Of a DNA stretch of 39,761 nt, positions 22,882 to 33,205 are shown in pieces. The notes below the pieces were generated by a model that made no database searches, was not told the origin of the DNA, and saw nothing but the letters and a program-made list of their open reading frames with translations. Position numbers and translations under genes: made by a program. The stretch comes from Thraustochytrium aureum (taxonomy: Eukaryota), in assembly GCA_012862495.1 (NCBI GenBank), contig BLSG01000037.1, forward strand, positions 96,477 to 136,237, given 5' to 3'. The first letter of the stretch is position 1; every line of letters starts with the position of its first letter.

Positions 22882-24292
22882 CTAGTGCGACGAAGCAGCG
22901 TGGCAGGCAAAGGGCGCGCCGATGTCGCTCCACTTGCGCATCAACTCGGACATGTTGCTGATGCAGCCGACAACAAGGAGAAAGACGGACAGGAGAACAA
23001 AGAAAGCAAGGAGTGGGCGCTCTAGCGCAGCAATCCGGCGAGCAGGGAGCGGCAATGGCGCCAGCATCGAGGCACCTTTGAAAATCATGAGCGCCGGGAC
23101 GCCAAAGGTGAGCGGGGCCGTGGAGAGCGCCGCAACAAAGCCCATAAGATGCTGGAAAAACGGAACCCCGTTGGCGATAAGGAACGCGGTCGTGAGGAGT
23201 GAGACGGTGATGGCAAGCCACACGCGACGCTCTTGCGGCGAGCCCGAGTCGACGATCGCGGTGTCGGCGACACGGACGAGAATCGCGCGCCCAATTACCT
23301 GCTGCGCTAGCACGTAGGAGATGCAGACGTGGAAGAAGAGGAGGGAGGCCGCGACCCGCTTGGGCCAGCCGTTGGGAAGCGCAAAGAGCACGTTCCCTTT
23401 GACGCTGTCGCCGTAAACGTGGTGGCACGAGACTGCCACTACGACGTACACTACGAGAATCAGGCCTGTTGTAAAGGTGACCGCGCGCGGAAACTGGTCC
23501 GGGTCGCGCATCTCGGCCATCGTCTCAAAGTAGAGCCCTTGGCCCCCGAACGCGAAAATAGCCGTAGTCATGGCGCTCATGGACTTTAGGAAGGAGTGGA
23601 AGTCCTCCTCAGGCTCCTCGGGCTCGAAGAGGCGGAGCGCGTGCGACGGAGCCGGGTTTGGGTCGGTGAAAGCGACGACCAAGACGATCGCGAGCGCGAG
23701 GAAGATGGCCGCTGCGGACGCGCTCGCGGCGAACGAGACATGGTGCAGGGTCCGGAGCTGGCAGAAGGGGAGGAGGAAGACGACGGTGACCAGGCAGAGC
23801 GCCCACTTGCACCAGTCGGGGTTGTCGTAGAAGACGTTCTGCAGCGTCTCGGCGCAGGTGAGGACGTAGATGGCCAGGTTGCCGAAGAAGGCGACGTAGA
23901 TGAAACCAAACACGATGCGCTGGCCCCAGACGCCGGCCACCTCGAAGGCCATATCGCCGTACGTGATCCCGTGCTTGAACCACTTTTGCAGCCGGTACAG
24001 CAGCAAGCCAGAGTAGAGGCTCAGCAGGCTGAAGACGCCCAGCAGGGCCAGCCCCGGCACCAGCCCGACCACCGCAAACGTGTGCGGCAGCGCCAGCACC
24101 CCAGTGCCAACAAGCTCTGCCACGAGGATCATGGCAGCATGATGCCACTCCTGCTTCCTCGGCGGCGGCACGAACCCGGGGCCCCGAAACCGGCGATAAA
24201 ACGATCCTCCGTCGCTGCTGTGCGGGCTCCCGAGCGACGGCGACCGCTCCCAGCAGCAGCAGCGTGCTCTCGCCCGACCCCTCATCGATCAT
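22882..24292 (-). CDS. Amino acid/auxin permease (AAAP/Aa_trans; ProT/GAT-like) transporter
   Basis: WHHAAMILVAELVGTGVLALPHTF, TYGDMAFEVAG, IFAFGGQGLYFETMAEMRDP and PFFQHLMGFVAAL. Start is ATG 24285 in frame, or ATG 24292 (MIDEGSGESTLLLL) if there is a 1-nt error near 24250. Confidence 0.92.
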
Positions 24293-24404
24293 CTCCGTCG
24301 CAGGCCTGCGTGCCCCGGTGTCGAGCCAGCCCTTCTCCTCCCGCCCTTCCCTTCGCACGCACGCTGGCGCCCTCGCCGAGCGTCCGTGGCCTGCTCGTGC
24401 GCGC

Positions 24405-24455
24405 GCAGGCAGGCAGGCAGGCAGGCAGGCTGGCTGGCTGGCTGGCTGGCTGGCT
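24405..24455. repeat. Compound (GCAG)n(GCTG)n microsatellite in the divergent promoter region
   Basis: gcaggcaggcaggcaggcaggcaggctggctggctggctggctggctg read directly. Confidence 0.9.
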
Positions 24456-24601
24456 GAGTGAGCGAGTGAGTTAGTGCGCTGGAGAGCTGCCGGGTCGCGG
24501 GGTCTCAGCAACGCGCTGGGGCTCTCGAGGCGTTGGGGCTCTGCTCGAGCGCGTCCATCACAAGCAAGTCCCTGTTGGGTTTGGAAAGGTCTCCCTCCGG
24601 C

Positions 24602-26070
24602 ATGGACGCCTCCGGGCTCCCGCGTCCTGCGGCGGAGGACGCGCGTCTGGCGGCGTCTGGGCCGGCTGCTGGAGGATGCGGCGGGGAAGCGCAGGGCTTG
24701 GGCTGGGCTGGCGCTGGACTGGGCGCGGACCCGGACGAGATGGACGAGGTCGTCCGCGTGGCGACGCTGCCCGCTGGCGCGGTGGTCGCGGAGGACGCTG
24801 CAGGCGGCGGAGAGGTCGGCGCGGACGATGTGGTTGAGGTCAGACGGGCTGCAGACTCGTCGACGAGGATCCAGGAGGTGGCAGAGCGCGTGATGAGGAT
24901 GGAACGGCAGGACCTTCGGGCCGTGCGGTCGACGTTCAAGATAAAGCAGCCGCCGCTGCTGGTGCTCGAGATGCTGCATTCTGGGGTGCACAAGCTCTTG
25001 GAGTTGGAGCGCGATGAGATCATCCGGGTGGCGCGCGACGCCGTTCCCGCTCTGTCTCGGGAGCGTTTGATGGGGAGAACGCGTCGTCGTCGGCCGGACA
25101 CGAAGGCCCTCGCGACGCCAGAGGCTGGGCTGGTCCAAGCGATCAGAGCCCGCGATTCCTGGACGTAATGCGCTACCAAGGCGCGCTGCAGCCGCGCGAC
25201 ATCCGGCTGTTTGACGCGAGGTTTGCCAACTCGCACGACCCTGAGATCCTCGTGAGGCGCCACGCCGTGCTGATCAACTTGGACCCCATCAAGGCGCTCG
25301 TGCTGTGGGACAGGTGCTTGATCTTCGTTCCCGAGGGCGCCGACTCGGTCCTTGGCCACCTTTTGACGCGCGTGGCCGACCTTGACCGGGATGCCAGCGA
25401 GGCGCCGTTCGAGCTGCACATGTACGAAGCGGTCTTCATGACCGTGTGCGGGCTGCTGGAGGAGGAGTACTCGAGCCTCAGGCCGGCAATCATAGCGACG
25501 ATAGAACAGGTGCTGCAGACCACGGGCGGGGTTGTGCTTGAGCGTTTGCGGCGAGTTGAGGCAGATCTCGCCCAGCTGGACGCGCGCGTTGCCGCGAACC
25601 GCAACGCGCTGAGTGAGCTACTCCAGTCTGACCGCGACATGGCCTTGATGGCCTTGTCCAAGGTGCGGGCTTGGCCCGAGCTGTTTTTGGACGAGATGTC
25701 AGAGCACTGGGAGTACGACCACGAGGAAGTTGAGCTTGTGCTAGAGTGCTACCTGCAAGCCATCGACGGAATCCAGGGAGGCATCAAGGACTTGCAAGAG
25801 GAGCTGGCCTCCGCGCGGTCGACGACCACGCTGCGTCTAAGCACCGCGCAAAACAAGCTCCTCAGCATCGAGCTGCTTGTGTCGAGCGTCACTGCGGTGG
25901 GCACCTTTGGTGCGCTCGTGGCTGCGGTTTTTGGAATGAACCTGGAGAGCGGCGTTGAGGATGCTCCCTTTTGGTTTTGGTCTGTGTTTGGGATCATCAT
26001 CTGCGGGACCCCGATGGCAATCATTATCATTCTGGTCTGCATTCGCCACCGCGGATTGTTGATTACTTGA
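24602..26070 (+). CDS. MRS2: MRS2/CorA-family Mg2+ transporter (one frameshift or intron at about 25065)
   Basis: LQPRDIR, ILVRRHAVLINLDPIKAL, PFELHMYE, EEVELVLECY and the GMN signature (FGMNL) with 2 C-terminal TMs. The N-terminal ORF from ATG 24602 is in a different frame; one extra T at 25066-68 would join them (ERFDGENASSS). Confidence 0.9.
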
Positions 26071-26314
26071 AGTGAACTGCTGTTTTTACAAGTAAAACGC
26101 TTCGTAAAACGAAGCGTTTTGGCTTTTCGTCTGACCTGATCCACTCCGCGACTTGATCAATCAAGAACAGCAGTGAAAGGCGAGCGACCAATCCGAAAAA
26201 TGAGAATCCGAGAACGTCAAGCGCGGCCGGCACATTCTTTGATTGATTGAACAGAGATAGAGATGGATGTAAGAGAAACGAGTAGGGTACAGGATTAGGG
26301 CAAGAGTTGGAGCT

Positions 26315-27854
26315 CTACGCGTCGGCGCTCGATGCGCGCGCGCCAACGAGCTGTTCCAAGTCGGCGACGAGGTCCTCGGCAGCGCTCGACAGCCTGTGCT
26401 TGGCGCCAAAAGTATTCAGCCGGATCTTTAGCGCTCGGGAGGCGAGCTCGAGCGCCTCCTCGAGGTCAGCCTCGGTCGCCTCCGCTCCCATTCGGCGAAT
26501 GCACATGGCCAGGTTGGCGGCAGCACTGGCGGTAGTGGGGTGGTCGGCCCCGTTGGCCTCCTCGGACAGGCGCAGGGCGGCGCTGTACTGCGAGCGGGCC
26601 TCGTCGAGCTCGCCCAGCTTTGCATGTAGAACTGCAATGTTGTTCGCGACGTCGGCGCGGCCAGCCAGAGCGTAGCTCGAGCTCGGGTCTTTGAGAGACG
26701 CAAAGCGCTCCAGTACGCCTTTCATAGCCTGAATAGCGGCGCGCTCTTGCCCGTCTTGGCGCGCCAAAGCTATGGCCCGCTGCAAGTGGGCACCAGGGAC
26801 CTGGTCGGTGAGGATTGTGTGCGGCTCGCCGGCAAGCACGGCCTCGTAGAGCGCTAGTGACTCGTCACAGACCCGGATGGCCTGGTCGAGGTCGCCGCGC
26901 GCCACAAGCACCTTGGCGACCGTGTTGAGCGCCATCGACTCGTTGAGGCGGTGCTGTACTTTGTTGAACAGATCCACCGATCGCCTCGCGCACTTGAGGG
27001 CGTCCATGTCCGAGCCCGGGCGGTCCATGTCGAGCTCCACAAGCATTTCCGCGGTGCTGCGGCAGAAAATAGCGAATTGGACCCGCATCGAGCGCTCGTC
27101 CTCGTGGCCTTTGCTGTCGCCAACGGCGGCAGTTGGGGCTTTCGGTGGCGCATTGACGAGCCGCAGGGCGGACGCGACGAGCCATGCGCGGAGCTTGTCT
27201 TTCAGGACCTCGTTGATCGTTGTGAAACCACGCTCGAGGAGCAGTACTCGCGACTCGATCATGGCGCGGTCGTCCTCCCGGAAGCACTCGGCACGCTCTG
27301 CGTCAAGTTCGCTGAGGGCGGCGAGCGATTTGCGCCACCCGTTCACAAAGTCGTCAAAGAGCGACTCGTCCTGTCCAACGGCCAGGACGATCTCCACGGG
27401 GCGCCCGGAGCGCACCGCGCCAAACACCTCCCAGATGCACCAGAGGCGCGTGAGTGTTTCCGGGGTGCGCCAGTTGCCCCAGAATACGAGGCGGTCCTCG
27501 AACGATGCGATGGCGGTGTGGAGGCCGCGCGCGAAGAGGTCTTCGCGCTCTCTGAGGACGCTTGGCGCGGGGGTGTCGGTCATGAGCAGCGGCTGGTTGG
27601 CGGCGAACATGTCGACCCAGATGTAGGTTGCGGCAGGGTCGGCGCCCTTGGCCGCGTAGTGGGCGCTTAGTGCGCGCACCATGCGCGCGAAGGGGCCGCG
27701 GCGCGCGTAGCTCAGGAAGGCGCCCTGGAAAGGGGCGCCGACGTCGCCCTCTCCGAGAAGGTCGAGGTACTTGCACTTGGACGGGGCGCACTTGTGGAGG
27801 ACGACGAAGACGCACACGTCTTCGGCGTCCCAGGTGAGGCGCGGTTTGCGGCGC
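26315..27854 (-). CDS. HET/TIR-like domain + TPR-repeat ('kinesin light chain-like') protein; 5' end in gap
   Basis: N-terminal FLSYARRG...YIWVDMFAANQ...LTRLWCIWE. C-terminal TPRs ALNTVAKVLVARGDLDQA, ANNIAVLHAKLGELDEA, GADHPTTASAAANLA and ALKIRLNTFGAKH. Confidence 0.8.
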
Positions 27855-28891
27855 NNNNNNNNNNNNNNNNNNNNNNNNNNNNNNNNNNNNNNNNNNNNNN
27901 NNNNNNNNNNNNNNNNNNNNNNNNNNNNNNNNNNNNNNNNNNNNNNNNNNNNNNNNNNNNNNNNNNNNNNNNNNNNNNNNNNNNNNNNNNNNNNNNNNNN
28001 NNNNNNNNNNNNNNNNNNNNNNNNNNNNNNNNNNNNNNNNNNNNNNNNNNNNNNNNNNNNNNNNNNNNNNNNNNNNNNNNNNNNNNNNNNNNNNNNNNNN
28101 NNNNNNNNNNNNNNNNNNNNNNNNNNNNNNNNNNNNNNNNNNNNNNNNNNNNNNNNNNNNNNNNNNNNNNNNNNNNNNNNNNNNNNCTCGCGTGGTGTGC
28201 GCAGCCCGCCAGCCAGCCAGCCAGCCGGCCGAGCAGGCAGAGGAGGAGGAGGAGGAGGAGGCGGAGGAGGAGGAGGAGCAGAGGGCGTGCGTGATGCGTT
28301 GCATTCGTCCTCAAGCCAGATTCCCTTCCCCGGCCAGCGCGGTGATGCTTGATGATGATGGCTTTCAAGATGATGACGGGCGCAAGGAGGATGGGTGGAT
28401 GGATCATCGTGGATCATGCGATGGGTGCCGGCCAGGCACTTGCTCGACACCACCGGCAGGACTCGGACCACCTCACGATCGTGCGTCCGAGAGCCAGCGG
28501 CGCGACCAGCGGCGCGTTTGCGGCGGGCCCGGCGAGGAGGAGTAGTAAGTAGAGGACTTGCGCTGTGAATGTGCTCGGCGACCGGCCGCTGCGTCGTTGG
28601 GGAGCAAGACCGTGATCGCGATACGCGCGACGCGCGCTGGCTGGGGGCTACAAAAGCGGCTTTTGAAGCCGCCGGCGAGCCAAAAGGCCCTGCGTGTGCA
28701 TTCGTCCGCCCGAGCCGCGTAGGCCGCCAGCCAGCAGCGCCAGCAGCGTCAACAGCGCGCAAGGGCCGGTGAACGATCGAAGAGCTCTCGAACACCAGCA
28801 GATCATCAGACAACAGCAAGTGATCCTGATCAGTCCAGATGAAGCAGTGCGGCGACACAAATCTGTCGTGTGCGTCACGTTGCCGCGCGGG

Positions 28892-30520
28892 ATGATCGAG
28901 GAGGGCGCCACGGAACGGCCTGCGAGCGGCGGCGCGAACGACGAGGAAAGCCGCGCTCGGAGGATGCGGGACGAGGAAGAGGCCGCCGCGCTGTTGCAGC
29001 CGAACAGCGCGGCTGACAACGGAAACAGCGGTCCACCACGCCTCGAGGACGCGAGCGAGGGCGCTGGGGACAAGGTGGCCGCCGTGGACGATGTGCTGGA
29101 GGCGATCGGGTCCACGCCGCGGCTATGGAAGTGCGTCGGCGTCCTGGGGCTGGCCAATGCCGCGGACGCCGTCGAGGTCGTGGCCGTCGGGTACATCATA
29201 ACTGTGTTTCGGGACCCCGTCTCGAAGCAGCGGATCGACGAAATGCCCTTCTGGAGCGGCGCGCTTACCTCGGCAGTGTTTGCCGGGATGCTGGCTGGCG
29301 GCCTGCTCAGCGGCGCTCTGGGCGACCGGCTAGGACGCCGCCCCATGCTGATCGGCTCGCTTGCCCTCAACGCAGCGGCTGGGCTCATGTCGGCGCTGAC
29401 GCCCGCGCTACCAGCCACGGGGCAGGTCCCCTGGCTCGTTCTTTTTCGTCTCGTTGGCGGCCTCGGGGTGGGCGGGTCTGTCCCCTCGGCATTCGCTCTG
29501 GGCTCCGAGCTTGGGCCTGCTGACTCACGGTCGCTGGTGATCAACGTCATCGCCTGCTTTTGGTCCGTCGGCGTACTGTATGCGAGCCTGAGCGCATTCA
29601 TCATCTTGCACAAGAAAGGGAGCGAGGGCGACTGGCCCTGGTTTGCCGTATTGGCAGCCCTGCCCGCCGCTGTTGCGGCCGTTCTGTGTGTCGTCCAGCT
29701 CGACGAGTCGCCCAGGTTTCTCTGGACGAGCGGCAATGCACAAGCCACTCGCGAGACCCTGTTGCGCATGATCAACTCAACGCCGGGCGGCGCCGAGCGG
29801 CGCGCTGTTCTGTCAAGTAGGGTAGCTGCGGACTTGAGCGACGCAAAATGCCCAGAGGCGGCCTCGCAGCGCGCAAGAGACGGCGCGGGAGGCCTGCTGG
29901 CACCCACAAGCAACGGCTCGGCGGTCAGGCGCAACCTTGCGAGGCTCGTGGCCCCAGAGCTGCGCACGCGGACGGTCCTGCTGTGCGGCACCTTTGCGGC
30001 TTTGAGCTTTGCGCACTACGGAATCTCGTCCTGGATCTCTGACTTGTTTCGCAACCTCAACTTTGACGACCCATTCGCCACGTCGCTCTTCTACACGTTT
30101 GCCACGATCCCAGGTCTCGCCGCCGCGATCCTGCTCATCGACCGAGCCGGGCGCCGTGCTGTGACTGCCGGAGCGATGCTGTGCGCATTTGGGGCAGCCA
30201 CACTTTTCTCGTTCAACACGTCGAACCGGTCATTCGTGATCGTCTGCGCTGCGCTCTTCAACGCGTGCTCGGCCTGCGCGTGGAACGGGCTCGACGTTCT
30301 CTCTGCAGAGCTTCTCCCGGCCAAGGTGCGAGGCACGGGGCTCGGTGTCGCGACCTCGTGCGGGCGGATAGGCAGCATCCTCGGCAACGTGTTCAACAGC
30401 ATCGTGCTTGCGTCGGGCGGAGTGGCAACGGTTCTCTTTGCGGCGGGAGTGGCGATGATGGTCGGGGCATGCTGCGCGCTCGCGCTCCCGGAGACGCTCG
30501 GGCGCCGACACCTCGGCTAG
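28892..30520 (+). CDS. MFS transporter, SV2/SVOP-like
   Basis: GLANAADAVEV, motif A GALGDRLGRR, FRLVGGLGVGG, ESPRFL, IDRAGRR and AELLPAKVRGTG...GRIGSI. First ATG at 28892. Confidence 0.92.
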   Translation: MIEEGATERPASGGANDEESRARRMRDEEEAAALLQPNSAADNGNSGPPRLEDASEGAGDKVAAVDDVLEAIGSTPRLWKCVGVLGLANAADAVEVVAVGYIITVFRDPVSKQRIDEMPFWSGALTSAVFAGMLAGGLLSGALGDRLGRRPMLIGSLALNAAAGLMSALTPALPATGQVPWLVLFRLVGGLGVGGSVPSAFALGSELGPADSRSLVINVIACFWSVGVLYASLSAFIILHKKGSEGDWPWFAVLAALPAAVAAVLCVVQLDESPRFLWTSGNAQATRETLLRMINSTPGGAERRAVLSSRVAADLSDAKCPEAASQRARDGAGGLLAPTSNGSAVRRNLARLVAPELRTRTVLLCGTFAALSFAHYGISSWISDLFRNLNFDDPFATSLFYTFATIPGLAAAILLIDRAGRRAVTAGAMLCAFGAATLFSFNTSNRSFVIVCAALFNACSACAWNGLDVLSAELLPAKVRGTGLGVATSCGRIGSILGNVFNSIVLASGGVATVLFAAGVAMMVGACCALALPETLGRRHLG

Positions 30521-30696
30521 AGGTTAGGTTGCGCCAGGGCGGTGCTCGCCTGGGCCCTCCGAGGCAAGCCCACGAGCAGCTGGACCGTCCGTGCCCGCTG
30601 GGGACTGTGCTGGATTCGGAAATGGAGCGAAGATGTAAGTAAAACCCAAACTAGGCTGCTTTTCTTTGACGGCGCCTCGAGCGCGGAAATTTTACA

Positions 30697-32826
30697 TCAA
30701 GCTGTCGCTGCCTGCACCATAGCCTTTCCGCGGCCCTGGGCCGCGGCGGGCCGACCAGAGAGAGCCGCAGCCGCCGCCGCCACACGCGCTCGCCGCTCCG
30801 TCTCTAGGCGACGCACTGTGCGCCAGCCATCGAGGTCGAGCGCTGTCTTGCCATGGCTGCGGGCCCAGAGTCGGGCGAGGTTGAGCATGGTGTGCATGTC
30901 CGCGTGCTCGATTGTAGGGTCCTGCTGCCGCATGTTCACAAAGTCGAGCTCGACAGCCGCGCAAACGTCGTCTGGGATCTGAAACTCGGTCTGGCTCAAC
31001 TCGGCTACGGTGCGGACGTGCTCGCGACAAGCCTCGAGGCATTCGTCGGTCGTCGTCGGCGCCACCGCAAGTGGGCCTTGGTCGCCGGCGCGCGGCCGCA
31101 GCGGTACGAGGCAGTCCGCGGTCTCGACGAGCGGCGTGCGGTTTGAGGTGAGCACCAGCACGGGCTGGTCGACAGACCACTCTGTCTGGTAAAACTCAAA
31201 GTCGTAGGAGACCGTCTGGCGCTCAGCTAGTTGCTTGAGCGCCTCCAGGTTGCGCAGCCCCTGCGCCTCGAGCTTGCCAGCCTGCAGCGACGTTTCGTTG
31301 ACCACGATGGGGGTCCCGGCGCAAGTCTGCAACCTGCCCGCACGAAGCCGGTTAGCGTGGTGGCACTTTCGCGGGGCCAGCGCTGTCGAGTTGAGCTCGT
31401 TCACGTCGAGCGCAAGCGACTGGACGCGCGGCAGCAGCTCGGCAAGAACCTCCGAGGTGCGACGCGCCATGTCCCCGCCCGGGTGTTGCGTGAGAGCCAG
31501 CGAGACTTTACCGACGACAATGCCTTCGCAGGGCCGAGCGAAGGCGCCAGAAACAATCCACATGGCGAGGTACTCGGCGGCAAGCCTATCGCCGCTGCAC
31601 GCAGACTCTGCCAGGTACCCGGCGAGCGCGGCGCGCCGCTCGGAAGCGCAAGGCAGGGCAGCGGCAACTGCGGAAGAGGGGCCCAGCACGCCTGGGGGCG
31701 CGCGTCGCAGCGCCACGCAGTGCAGCCGGGGAACAAGGCTTGTCGGCGGGCGCCGCGCCGCGAGCTCGAGGCTCAGAAACTTGCCCTCCAGGTCCTGGGC
31801 GGCGGCAGATGCAGCTGCCTGCTGCCCGGCAGTGTCGGGCGCCACGGAGAGGACGCCGACAAAGTCGATCATGTCGTTGAGCCGCACTGTTGTCGCGTCC
31901 TCGTCGTACAGCTTTACTAGGCAGGGGAGCAAGCTCCCATCCGCGCGGTCGCTGGCAATGGGGATGGCGCGGTCCACGTCGTCTTGGCTCGAGCCTGTCG
32001 GTGCTCCGTTTGAGGTGCTGTCGACAGAGGCTGGCGCGTCGCTTGCCATGTCTGCGTCTGGTTGCTCGATTGGTCGGTTTGCCTCGTCCGCAGAACGCGT
32101 GTTTGCTCGCTTCCCTCCGTCGGTTGGGTTGATGGTCGAGACGCTCGCTTCGTCCGGCTGTGCGTGGATGCGCTTTCGTGAGCCGACACGGGCCGGCGGG
32201 AGTGCAGTGCACGTCGCTGGGTTGTGCTTGCTCACACCAAGGCGACGTGCTTTGGCCCATGCTGTTTCGCCCGGAACCGGAACGCAAAACACAGGCTGTT
32301 TCGGGGCTGCGCGTCAGCAGGCCGAGCCAAAGGCGCCCCCTCATGGTAAGAATACAAGGAAAACACTTACCAGTCGCTCCGCAAGGTCAGCGGTGCCGCC
32401 TGCTGCGGAATCGCGAAACTGCTCGCCTGGTCCCGGCGTGACAAACTCGGCGTATTTGGCGCTGCGGAGTTGCGCGCTGGCGCTGCTGCTGCTGCTGCTG
32501 CTGCTGCCACCCTCCGCGTCGAGCACACCAACGCTCTCAACAATGCCGTCATAGTACTCGGGGTCAAACATGTCTTGCACCATACCGCGGTATCGAACCA
32601 GCGACCCTGTCGCCAGCTCGCCCGCGACAAGCTTGTCCTTCGTGAGCCAGGGAATCTCTGCGTATGCCGCCTCCGAGAAGAGGTCCCCGAAAGCTTCCTT
32701 GACGCCCCACGAGCCTCGGGCGAGCTCGCTCCTCGGCGCCCCGGACGCCGCGCGACGCTCCAGGCACTTTTGCACAATCTCGAGCGGCTTGCTGACGCGC
32801 TCGGCCCATCCCACCGAGGGCTCCAT
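30697..32826 (-). CDS. MCMBP: Mini-chromosome maintenance complex-binding protein; 2 exons, intron 32296-32370
   Basis: LVRYRGMVQDMFDPEYY, ERL|PVFCVPVPGE, CLVKLYD, GDRLAAEYL, GRLQ and YDFEFY. The 75-nt intron has a GTAAGT donor, a GCTGAC branch-like site and a CAG acceptor, and restores the frame. Confidence 0.95.
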
Positions 32827-33205
32827 CGCTTGACAGCGCGCGCGCGCGCGCCCGCTAGGGAAGCTCTCGGGCGCAAGTCCTGGCGAATTCTGCGCTCGCT
32901 CGCTCGCACGGCCTCGTGGTCAGCGTCTCGCTCGTGGCGCTTGGGGCTCTGCCGCTCGCTCTTTCTGGTGCCAGGCGCGCTCAATCAAACTGAATGAAAT
33001 TCAAACGTTGGGTTAGGTTAGTCCTCGGCGCTTTTGCTTTTTGAATTCTTTGGCGAAGCGCTTGGCCGATCGAGTGCTGCTCGCAACCGCTGGCAGCAGT
33101 GCCGTACGGCGTCGCTAGAGCTGCCCTGCAGTCTTGTATCTTCAAGTCGAATGCTCCTTGCAGCGAATCACTGGTGGCTGGCCAGAGCAGCGGAATCCAT
33201 CATGA

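Noticed and set aside
25166..25170. TAATG stop-start overlap between the two MRS2 ORFs, resembling termination-reinitiation
   Set aside because: The downstream frame is already open from about 25018, and a 1-nt indel or short intron near 25065 gives one normal MRS2 protein. The overlap is probably coincidental.
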